Of a stretch of DNA of 32,000 nucleotides, positions 22,590 through 30,361 are shown in pieces. The DNA lies in contig ACYB01000016.1 of NCBI GenBank assembly GCA_000175855.1, positions 30,001 through 62,000 on the forward strand, read 5' to 3'. Within the stretch, counting starts at the first letter, position 1, and each line of letters starts with the position of its first letter. The position numbers and the translations under genes were made by a program. Under the pieces are notes generated by a model. It did not search any database and was not told the origin of the DNA. It saw nothing but the letters and a program-made list of their open reading frames with translations. The stretch is from Raphidiopsis brookii D9. Lineage in GTDB: Bacteria; Cyanobacteriota; Cyanobacteriia; Cyanobacteriales; Nostocaceae.

Positions 22590-23726
22590 ATGGAACTAAG
22601 TGCAGCAAATATAGCAGAATATTGGCAGAAACTACTCGCTGCTGAGTCTCCTGAAAACAGTGATGACGCTAGAAATAGTATTATGCTTTGGCTTTTGGGG
22701 TCGGACTTAACTAGATTTGCAGGGTTAACACCCAAAGAATTGGAGATTGCTCAAAAGGCTATGGAATATCGCTGGCGAGTTCTACGACAGCGATATCTAG
22801 GTGTGGGAAGAGAACAGGCCTATCGTAATTTGATGGTTCGTTTGGCCAGTGTCACAACGATTAGAAATAAAATTCAAACCTGGATTTCTTTGAGTCGCGA
22901 TCGCCAGCGTGGTGTGATAGATGTACTGCAAGAGATAATTCAGGAAATGCTGCAAAGTGATTCTTATATGCAGCAGCAAATGAGTCTAATTGCTGATGCA
23001 ACTAGGGATAGAAGGTTGCGAGACATGTTACTATTTGCCAGCTTGGAAGAATACTGTTTGCGACCTGTGCGTAATCAGCCTTTATTGACACATCGGTTTG
23101 TCAATTATTTACGCCGAATTCAGCGAGGGGGGTTGACTCAAATTCCTGGTAAGGACGTAATTAGACTGGTTTCTGACGAAATATTAACAGAAGATACGGA
23201 AAGCAGCTTAAATCTTTTAGATGACGAAGCGATCGCCCAATATCAGGAAGCGCAAAAGGTAGAAGAGCAACAATTGTTACGTCAGGAAGTGCGAGAGAAA
23301 TTCGAGGAATACCTATTGGAGAAGCTAGGACAAACAGCGGTGGAGTGGTTGAGCTTATATTTAGAGGGTAAGAGTCAAGAGGAAATTGCTAAAAAGCTGA
23401 ATCAGCCAATTAGGGAGTTATACAGATTAAGGGAGAAAATTAGTTACCATGCTGTTAAGGTTTTTGCCATCAAGGATAAACCGGAGTTGGTAGAGAATTG
23501 GTTATCAACCTCTTTGAAGGAAGATGGGTTAGGTCTAACGCCAAAACAATGGGAGCAGTTAGGGGAGAAGATAAGTCCCCTAGGTAAGGAGATTCTTGAT
23601 AGAAGGAAAGCGGGGGATTCTTTAGCAGGAATAGGGGAGAAATTACAGTTGAAGACCCATAAGGTGATAGGTGAGTGGACAAAGGTTTATTTAGTCGCTC
23701 AGAATTTAAGGGGCCAAAATAATTAA
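22590..23726 (+). CDS. HetZ-related protein (cyanobacterial, C-terminal HTH-like repeats)
   Basis: The C-terminal half (SQEEIAKKLNQPIRELYRLREKISYHAVKVF...ENWLSTSLKEDGLGLTPKQWEQL...AGIGEKLQLKTHKVIGEWTKV) parallels the C-terminal layout of Anabaena HetZ as I recall it. Not verifiable here. Confidence 0.45.
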   Translation: MELSAANIAEYWQKLLAAESPENSDDARNSIMLWLLGSDLTRFAGLTPKELEIAQKAMEYRWRVLRQRYLGVGREQAYRNLMVRLASVTTIRNKIQTWISLSRDRQRGVIDVLQEIIQEMLQSDSYMQQQMSLIADATRDRRLRDMLLFASLEEYCLRPVRNQPLLTHRFVNYLRRIQRGGLTQIPGKDVIRLVSDEILTEDTESSLNLLDDEAIAQYQEAQKVEEQQLLRQEVREKFEEYLLEKLGQTAVEWLSLYLEGKSQEEIAKKLNQPIRELYRLREKISYHAVKVFAIKDKPELVENWLSTSLKEDGLGLTPKQWEQLGEKISPLGKEILDRRKAGDSLAGIGEKLQLKTHKVIGEWTKVYLVAQNLRGQNN

Positions 23727-23751
23727 AATTAATTAAAAGAATTTTGGTTTC

Positions 23752-23775
23752 AGACAGGGAATTCATTCCCTGTCT
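23752..23775. terminator. Perfect 11-bp palindrome downstream of the HetZ-related gene
   Basis: agacagggaat-tc-attccctgtct. There is no clear U-tract, so terminator function is uncertain. Confidence 0.35.
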
Positions 23776-24306
23776 CAGATCGAAATGCGATCGCTTTCTG
23801 GAACTACTGTAGAGTCAACTACTGTAGTGTAAGTTAACATTGCCAATAAAATTTCTAGTCTGTGCCATAATTTGATTACCTCTGAGTAAAGGGGTGTAAG
23901 GTGATCTGGAATTCTTGGCCGAACCGCCCGATCACCTTACTTTTAAGTATAAAACTAATTGAACAGATATGCAAGGGGTTTATAGAAAATAATTAATAAA
24001 ATTTGTAAATCTTTTCGACTTGTCAAGCATAAATGAAAATATAGGAATTTCTGACTCACCCTAGCTTTAAAACCCAATCTAGGTTACATTTATATATTTA
24101 CTGTATTCGTATAGGCGTGTTTTCATACAACTCCAGGAATTTTTAGGAAATCCCCCGGTCTAGAAGTAGCAATTAAGTTGGCTGAAAAGACTAATGATGT
24201 GGTTATTGGTTTATGTATATTGTATGAGTTACCAATTAGGGTTCTAGGAACCTAATTGCTTGAATCAGGGTGTGACCGTTCAATTGAGATTAAGGATAGT
24301 TGATCT

Positions 24307-24474
24307 ATGAATTTAATCGACAATAACGTGCTATTCACCCAGGTTTTTGATAGAGAATCAGTTAGTATTAATGGTGGTAGTCTGTTGGAAATAGTTAATG
24401 TGCCTAATGACGTGCTAAATTTCTTTCAGAATTTACCATCAGAGTTAGAAAATTGGATTCTCGGATATCTTTAA
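24307..24474 (+). CDS. GG-leader peptide A (55 aa), divergent acidic core
   Basis: Hand translation gives MNLIDNNVLFTQVFDRESVSINGG/SLLEIVNVPNDVLNFFQNLPSELENWILGYL. It shares the leader and upstream element with peptides B-E. AAGGA lies 10 nt upstream of the ATG. It is below the ORF-track cut-off. Confidence 0.6.
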   Translation: MNLIDNNVLFTQVFDRESVSINGGSLLEIVNVPNDVLNFFQNLPSELENWILGYL

Positions 24475-24604
24475 GTAAAAGTCATTGAATTTGGGTTTCA
24501 GGTATTGGTGTTTGCGAGAACGCCTACCTGACACTCAATTTTACTTATAAACCCTTTCCTAAGATAGAAATTAGATTGCCAACCTGAAGTTTTTAAAAAT
24601 AAGG

Positions 24605-24638
24605 TCCCCAATTTCTTTATGGAAGTTGGGGATTTATT
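24605..24638 (+). terminator. Hairpin plus T-rich tract, start of the repeat unit preceding peptide B
   Basis: tccccaattt (24605-24614) pairs with aagttgggga (24623-24632), including one G-U, then tttatt. It is homologous to the hairpins at 25517 and 25960. Confidence 0.45.
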
Positions 24639-24823
24639 GTGAGCAGAGATGTATTTTTGAGAAGTTGTTTTTCCTCAAGGTGGTAATTAGGTTGGTTGGA
24701 AATATCAATGATCTGGCTATTGGTTTCTGGATATTGTATTAACAAGCAAGCGGTTGAGGAACTTGCAAAGAAGGAATCAACCTCTAGCTGAAAACAAATC
24801 TAAAGATTATAACTTATACTATC

Positions 24824-25024
24824 ATGCAAGTAACAGGAAATAATGCTCTATTTACGGAAGTTTATGGTGAAGAGTCTGCTATTGTGAGTGGTGGTCAACG
24901 CTCTTATAACTTTATTGGGTTAGCTACGTTTTTTATGCTGGCTCTGATATTGTGGGGACTTGATGAGGGGTTACTATATCCTAATTTTAATAACTATACC
25001 CGGTTTGGAGGTATGTCTACTTAG
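24824..25024 (+). CDS. GG-leader peptide B (66 aa)
   Basis: MQVTGNNALFTEVYGEESAIVSGG/QRSYNFIGLATFFMLALILWGLDEGLLYPNFNNYTRFGGMST (ORF track). Confidence 0.75.
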   Translation: MQVTGNNALFTEVYGEESAIVSGGQRSYNFIGLATFFMLALILWGLDEGLLYPNFNNYTRFGGMST

Positions 25025-25299
25025 GACTCAGAGTCTATTTTTTTAAAAAGAATTTGTTTTTTTGTCTAAAAAAGTTCTCAGATTCTCCAAAAAGTCTGGG
25101 AATTTTTTATGCTTAAAGGTGTGTATTTTTAAGAAATATTTTCTCATAAATATGGCAATTAAAACTACTAAAAGTATCAATGATCTTATTATTGATTCCA
25201 TCTATTGTATTAGTAAGCAAGCAGTTGAGGGACTTACAAATAGGCAATCAACTTCTAGCTGAAAATAAACCTAATCAAAAGATCAAGGAGTACTGTATC

Positions 25300-25458
25300 A
25301 TGCAAGTAATCGAAAACAATGCATTATTCGCTCAAGTTTCTGTCGAAGATGCCGCTGTTTCTTCAGGAGGCTCTTATAACTTCATTGGACTACTTACCTA
25401 CACTACATTAGGTACACTAATCTGGGCACTTGACGAAGCTTTACTTCCTGGTGTGTAA
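25300..25458 (+). CDS. GG-leader peptide C (52 aa)
   Basis: An internal ATG preceded by AAGGAG (9-nt spacing) gives MQVIENNALFAQVSVEDAAVSSGG/SYNFIGLLTYTTLGTLIWALDEALLPGV. The upstream 40 codons of ORF 25180..25458 overlap the conserved non-coding element. Confidence 0.8.
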   Translation: MQVIENNALFAQVSVEDAAVSSGGSYNFIGLLTYTTLGTLIWALDEALLPGV

Positions 25459-25516
25459 AAATTGATTTTACCTTTTGACCCAGAATTTTTCTATCAATAG
25501 TTTATGATTCCTATAT

Positions 25517-25547
25517 ATCCCCAACTTCTCTGTGGAGTTGGGGATTT
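25517..25547 (+). terminator. Hairpin after peptide C
   Basis: atccccaact (25517-25526) pairs perfectly with agttggggat (25536-25545) around a 9-nt loop. The following T tract is short. Confidence 0.45.
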
Positions 25548-25742
25548 GTAGTAGTTATAGATATGTATTTTTGAGAAGTTGTTTTTCCTCAAGGTGGTAA
25601 TTAAGTTGGTTAAAAATATCAATGATCTGGCTATTAGTTTGTGGATATCGTATTAACAAGCAAGCAGTTGACGAACTTACAAAGAAGCAATCAACTTCCA
25701 GCTTAAAACAAATCTAATCACAAGATCAAGGAGTACTGTATC

Positions 25743-25901
25743 ATGCAAGTAATCGAAAACAATGCATTATTCGCTCAAGTTTCTGTCGAAGATGCCGCTG
25801 TTTCTTCAGGAGGCTCTTATAACTTCATTGGACTACTTACCTACACTACATTAGGTACACTAATCTGGGCACTTGACGAAGCTTTACTTCCCGGTGTGTA
25901 A
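25743..25901 (+). CDS. GG-leader peptide D (52 aa), protein identical to C
   Basis: It has the same sequence as 25300..25458 except one synonymous change (cct to ccc at 25892). It is not in the ORF track because it is under 60 aa. Confidence 0.8.
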   Translation: MQVIENNALFAQVSVEDAAVSSGGSYNFIGLLTYTTLGTLIWALDEALLPGV

Positions 25902-25959
25902 AAATTGATTTTACCTTTTGACCCAGAATTTTTCTATCAATAGTTTATGATTCCTATAT

Positions 25960-25990
25960 ATCCCCAACTTCTCTGTGGAGTTGGGGATTT
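25960..25990 (+). terminator. Hairpin after peptide D (copy of 25517)
   Basis: The same atccccaact/agttggggat hairpin, shifted by 443 bp. Confidence 0.45.
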
Positions 25991-26185
25991 GTAGTAGTTA
26001 TAGATATGTATTTTTGAGAAGTTGTTTTTCCTCAAGGTGGTAATTAAGTTGGTTAAAAATATCAATGATCTGGCTATTAGTTTGTGGATATCGTATTAAC
26101 AAGCAAGCAGTTGACGAACTTACAAAGAAGCAATCAACTTCCAGCTTAAAACAAATTTAATCACAAGATCAAGGAGTATTGTATC

Positions 26186-26410
26186 ATGGAAGTAATCGAA
26201 AAAAACGTATTGTTCTCCCAAATTTCTGTTGAAGAGTCTGCCATCTTTAGTGGTGGCTCTAATCCTACTCCTCCTACTCCTCCTACTCCTCCTACTCCTC
26301 CTACTCCTTCTGGTAATCCAGGTTCTTATAACTTCATTGGACTACTTACCTACATTGGGGTAGGTACGCTAATCTGGGCACTTGACGAAGCTTTACTTCC
26401 TGGTGCGTAA
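26186..26410 (+). CDS. GG-leader peptide E (74 aa) with a (PTP)5 spacer
   Basis: MEVIEKNVLFSQISVEESAIFSGG/SNPTPPTPPTPPTPPTPSGNPG-SYNFIGLLTYIGVGTLIWALDEALLPGA (ORF track). An AAGGAG SD is present. Confidence 0.8.
   Translation: MEVIEKNVLFSQISVEESAIFSGGSNPTPPTPPTPPTPPTPSGNPGSYNFIGLLTYIGVGTLIWALDEALLPGA
26264..26308 (+). repeat. (CCTACTCCT)x5 perfect in-frame microsatellite inside peptide E
   Basis: Five perfect 9-nt units read directly from the sequence. They encode PTPPTPPTPPTPPTP. Confidence 0.95.
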
Positions 26411-26494
26411 AATAAGGCCCTTGTCTATATCTCACTCTCCTTAATGCAAAACTCCCACAATTTCTAGGTATTAATAGGAGATATGACAACCCAC

Positions 26495-26538
26495 AAAAGA
26501 GTGAAATGAACCATTCTTGGATTTCACTCTTTTGTTAT
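26495..26538 (+). terminator. Strong intrinsic terminator closing the peptide array
   Basis: aaaagagtgaaat (26495-26507) pairs perfectly with atttcactctttt (26521-26533), 13 bp around a 13-nt loop. The 3' arm ends in TTTT followed by gtt. Confidence 0.65.
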
Positions 26539-26715
26539 ATACTCGGAAATTGGATAATTTTCTCAACCTTCTTACTGCGATAGTACATTAATGCTCTAGG
26601 TTTTTAAAAACCCTATTATGAAAATTACTCACTAAAATCTATACCCCCTTGTTATATCTTACTAATCCAAAACAATAGGATTAGATCCCATAAACATGAT
26701 AAACATTCAAAGATT

Positions 26716-28866
26716 ATGAAATACGCCCATATTTCCCAACACAGCATCGAAGACTGTGGCGCTGCTTGCTTGGCTGCGATCGCCAAATATTATGGCAAAA
26801 ATTTCACCTTGACTCGCACCAGAGAAGCTGTAGGTACAGGTCAATTCGGTACCACTTTATTAGGTCTACAAAGAGGAGCTAAAACCTTAGGTTTTAAAGC
26901 TTCAACAGTTAGAACTTCACCAGAAATTCTCAAAAGATTAAACGAAGCACCCCTACCGGCAATCATTCACTGGCACGGAAATCATTGGGTGGTTTTTTAT
27001 GGTAAAAAGGGGGAAAAGTATATAATCTCTGACCCAGGAGTAGGGGTACGCTACCTCTGTGAAGAAGACTTTATAGAGGGTTGGAATGATTGGTTAATGC
27101 TATTGCTAGAACCTAGTCCAGAAGAGTTTTTAAAAACAGAAGAAGATAAAATAGGTGGCTTTTGGCGTTTCTTTAAACAGGTGTGGACTTTTCGGGGAAT
27201 TCTTGCCCAAGCTCTACCTCTCAATTTATTATTGGGACTGTTATCTTTGGCTTCTCCCTTTTTATTACAAATTCTGACTGATGATGTGCTAGTACGAGGT
27301 GATACCAAATTACTCACCACCATGGTCATTGCCGTGGTCGTGATGAACCTCATTTCTAGCAGTTTATCTTGGGTCCAATCTAATTTAATCGCCCATTTTG
27401 CCCAACGTCTCCAATTGGGACTGGTGATGGAATTTGGCAGACAAATTTTGCATCTACCTCTATCCTATTATGAAGCTCGTCGCAGTGGAGAAATTACTAG
27501 TCGTCTCCAAGATATTAAGCAAATCAATCAGTTGGTTACTCAAGTAGTTGTCAGTTTACCTAGCAAATTTTTTATTGCTCTGATTTCTCTTGGTCTGATG
27601 GCTTTTTATAGCTGGAAGTTAACTTTGGTGGCTATGATAATTGCTGGGATTATGACTATTACTCCTTTAGTGTTTCAACCTAAATTACAGCAAAAAACCC
27701 GTGAACTACTGGTTAAAGATGCGGAAACCCAAGGTGTATTGGTAGAAACTTTCAAGGGTGCTCTAACTCTCAAAACTACTACCGCTGGCAATCAATTCCT
27801 AGAAGAGTTCCAAGTTCGATTTGGCAAGTTGGCTAATTTAACTTTGAACAGTATGCAAATTGGTATTATCAATAATACCTTTTCTGGCTTTATCTCTTCC
27901 ATTGGTAGTATTATCCTCCTTTGGTTTGGTGGTCATTTAGTTATTAATCCTAGTGAAAATCTCAGTATTGGTCAACTCCTGGCTTTTAATTCAATGAATG
28001 CTAATTTCCTGGGTCTCATAACGACCGTTATCAGTTTTGTCCAGGAATTTACCCGCGCTAAAACAGCAGTTCAAAGACTCACAGAAGTGATAGATACCAC
28101 TTCAGAAAATGACTATGATGGCAAAAAGCCTTTTGCTGAAATTCCCAGTGATGCTACAATCACTTGCACTAATATTAATTTCCATTATGCTGGTAGACTT
28201 GACCTATTAGAAGATTTTTCCTTAACTATTCCCGGTGGTCAAGTTGTGGCTTTGATTGGTAAATCAGGATGTGGTAAAAGTACCCTGGCTAAATTAATTG
28301 CTGGGCTATATACCCTCCAATCTGGTAATATTCGCATCGGACTCTATAACCAACAAGATTTGTCTTTAGAATCTTTACGTCAACAGGTGATTCTAGTTCC
28401 TCAAGAACCCCATTTCTGGAGTCGTTCTATTGTGGAAAACTTCCGTTTGGGCGCACCTCATGTTAGTTTTGAGCAAATTGTCCGAGCTTGTGAAATTGCT
28501 GGTGCTGATGAATTTATCAGTAAATTACCCGCAAAATATCAAACTATATTGGGTGAATTTGGTGCCAATATTTCCGGTGGTCAAAGACAACGATTAGCTA
28601 TAGCTAGAGCTATTGTTACAGATCCACCAATTCTAATTTTGGATGAGTCTACGGGGGGACTAGACCCGGTTAGTGAAGCACAGGTTTTAGATCAGTTATT
28701 TAAACACCGTCAAGGAAAAACTACTATTTTAATTACCCATCGTCCCCAGGTAATCAATCGCGCTGATTGGATTATTGTATTGGATGGAGGAAAACTCCAA
28801 TCTCAAGGATCTTTGGAAGAATTGAAATTCAGACGGGGGGAACACCAAGAATTCATTATGGTCTAA
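26716..28866 (+). CDS. Peptidase-containing ABC transporter (PCAT): C39 peptidase, 6-TM domain and ATPase
   Basis: The N-terminus carries HSIEDCGAACLAAIAKYYG (catalytic Cys), GNHWVVFYG (His) and IISDPG (Asp). Hydrophobic TMD follows. Walker A is GKSGCGKST, the signature is ISGGQRQR and Walker B is ILILDEST. Confidence 0.9.
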   Translation: MKYAHISQHSIEDCGAACLAAIAKYYGKNFTLTRTREAVGTGQFGTTLLGLQRGAKTLGFKASTVRTSPEILKRLNEAPLPAIIHWHGNHWVVFYGKKGEKYIISDPGVGVRYLCEEDFIEGWNDWLMLLLEPSPEEFLKTEEDKIGGFWRFFKQVWTFRGILAQALPLNLLLGLLSLASPFLLQILTDDVLVRGDTKLLTTMVIAVVVMNLISSSLSWVQSNLIAHFAQRLQLGLVMEFGRQILHLPLSYYEARRSGEITSRLQDIKQINQLVTQVVVSLPSKFFIALISLGLMAFYSWKLTLVAMIIAGIMTITPLVFQPKLQQKTRELLVKDAETQGVLVETFKGALTLKTTTAGNQFLEEFQVRFGKLANLTLNSMQIGIINNTFSGFISSIGSIILLWFGGHLVINPSENLSIGQLLAFNSMNANFLGLITTVISFVQEFTRAKTAVQRLTEVIDTTSENDYDGKKPFAEIPSDATITCTNINFHYAGRLDLLEDFSLTIPGGQVVALIGKSGCGKSTLAKLIAGLYTLQSGNIRIGLYNQQDLSLESLRQQVILVPQEPHFWSRSIVENFRLGAPHVSFEQIVRACEIAGADEFISKLPAKYQTILGEFGANISGGQRQRLAIARAIVTDPPILILDESTGGLDPVSEAQVLDQLFKHRQGKTTILITHRPQVINRADWIIVLDGGKLQSQGSLEELKFRRGEHQEFIMV

Positions 28867-28912
28867 CTGAACCGTTCCCAACTTCTACCCAACTACTCTT
28901 CATCTACCCAAT

Positions 28913-30311
28913 ATGCTCTATACTCATCGACGTAAATTTATATCTTCTGTAGATAATCCCCAGTTCCTCCCTCCTGTTAGTCGTTGGACTTCTTTAGCAG
29001 GAATATTCCTAGTTGGTACTGTTGCTACTGCTATTGCTCTTGCTTCTTGGGTTAAATATAATGTCACAGTGAAAGCGGATGCTGTGGTTCGTCCTATGGG
29101 AGAAATTCGTGTAGTTCAACCGGAAATAGAGGGAACTATTAAAAGTATTTTGGTCAAACCAAATCAAACAGTGAAAATAGGTGATGTAATTGCCTATTTA
29201 AATACGGATGATTTGCTCATACAAAAAAAGTCAGTTACAAGAAAATATCCAACAGGGTAATTTACAAATATTGCAAATTCATGCCCAAGTCCGTATTTTA
29301 GATCGGCAAATTTTGGCTGAAACTCAAGTTGCTCAAAATGCTATTAATTCCGCAAGGGTGGATTTGTTACGTAACCAAAGGGAATATCAACAACAGCAGG
29401 TTAGCACCCAAGGTGAATTTCTGTCCGCTCAAGCTAACTGGCAAAAGGCTAAAGCTTCTTTGGATAAAGCTCGAGCAGATCTGAATTTTGCCAAAATGGA
29501 TAAGGAACGCTATCAGGAACTATCCCAAATTGGAGCTGTGGGTAGACGGGAATTGGAACAAAAAGCTTTGACTGTTCAGCAAACACAATCAATCCTGGAT
29601 ACTGAGAGGAAATCTCTGGAAATGGCTAAAATTAAGGTTCAATCAGCTCAAGTTGCTATTAATCCAACTCCAGCAGCAGTGATGATAGCACAGGAACGTA
29701 TCGCTCAAGAAACTGCTAGGGGTGTGTCTAATATTGCTAGTCTCAATAAGGAAAAACAAGCTTTAATTGAGCGTCGAGTTCAACTAGAAACCCAAATTAA
29801 ACAATCTATTAAGGAATTAGAGCAGGTAGAAAATCAGATGCGTAAAAGTATGATTTTAGCTACGAGTAATGGTATTATTCTCAAACTCAATTTACGCAAT
29901 CCCGGACAGGTGATCCGTCCCAGCGAATCTGTAGCAGAAATTGTACCTGATAGTTCGGAACTGTTGATTAGAGCTTTAATTCCCACTGAGGAAATACAAA
30001 AGGTCAATATAGGTCAACAAGTTAAATTACGGGTTGGTGCTTGTCCCTATCCTGATTATGGAACACTCCATGGGGTGGTTCAAACTATTTCTCCTGATGT
30101 GATTACCAATCAACCTAATAATCCAGGAACGACTACTAATAGGATGGGTTATTTTGAAGCTATGGTTAAACCAGCAAGTTTGCAATTTGGTCAAGGTCGA
30201 CATCAATGTTATCTCCAATCGGGAATGGAGGTGAAAGCTGATATTATTTCTAAACAGGAAACAGCTCTAGAATTTATGTTCAGAAAAGCAAGGTTAATTA
30301 CTGATTTGTAA
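28913..30311 (+). CDS. HlyD-family periplasmic adaptor (bacteriocin-export accessory type); frameshifted as assembled (ORFs 28913..29260 and 29208..30311)
   Basis: It has an N-terminal TM anchor (LAGIFLVGTVATAIALASW), a lipoyl-like motif (VQPEIEGTIKSILVKPNQTVKIGDVIAYL), a long coiled coil and a C-terminal beta-barrel. The two ORFs join across the A7 run at 29223-29229. Confidence 0.8.
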
Positions 30312-30361
30312 TTTTTATCAGGTGGGGAATAGGCAATAGACTAAAAAAATCGGTGTAGATC

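Larger units (their letters stand above)
25271..26200 (+). repeat. Tandem 443-bp repeat (two full units plus the start of a third), each unit carrying a peptide gene
   Basis: Peptide start codons fall at 25300, 25743 and 26186, a period of 443. Comparing 25300-25742 with 25743-26185 by eye shows only 3 mismatches (25449/25892, 25714/26157, 25736/26179). Confidence 0.85.

Noticed and set aside
23896-23940. 11-bp inverted repeat gtaaggtgatc...gatcaccttac with a 23-nt loop followed by TTTT
   Set aside because: It is an isolated hairpin with a large loop in a gene-free stretch. It could be a weak terminator or nothing, and the evidence is not enough to call a feature.
25062-25299. ORF 25062..25262 (66 aa) and the first 40 codons of ORF 25180..25458
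   Set aside because: This DNA is homologous to the non-coding upstream element of the other peptide genes (AATGAT, TATTGTAT, AGTTGA...TCAACT). The real peptide starts at ATG 25300 behind an AAGGAG SD.
24150-26410. Whether the regularly spaced repeats are a CRISPR array or a MITE cluster
   Set aside because: The period is 443-520 bp, not 60-75 bp. The units contain an SD plus a conserved ORF. There are no short direct repeats with unique spacers, no terminal inverted repeats and no target-site duplications.
24307-26410. Lanthipeptide, cyanobactin, microviridin or other RiPP interpretation of the peptides
   Set aside because: The cores contain no Cys. No LanM, LanBC, PatA/G protease, cyclodehydratase or ATP-grasp gene lies in the flanks visible here. 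The radical SAM gene at 19010..20650 is 3.7 kb away on the other strand within core genes.
28767-28952. ORF of 61 aa overlapping the end of the PCAT gene and the start of the HlyD gene
   Set aside because: It is an out-of-frame overlap with two well-supported genes, with no motif.
29222-29230. A AAA AAG in the zero frame of the HlyD gene as a dnaX-like programmed -1 ribosomal frameshift site
   Set aside because: The downstream ORF is in the +1 (equivalently -2) frame relative to the upstream ORF, not -1. A -1 slip would not restore the protein, so a homopolymer length error or mutation fits better.
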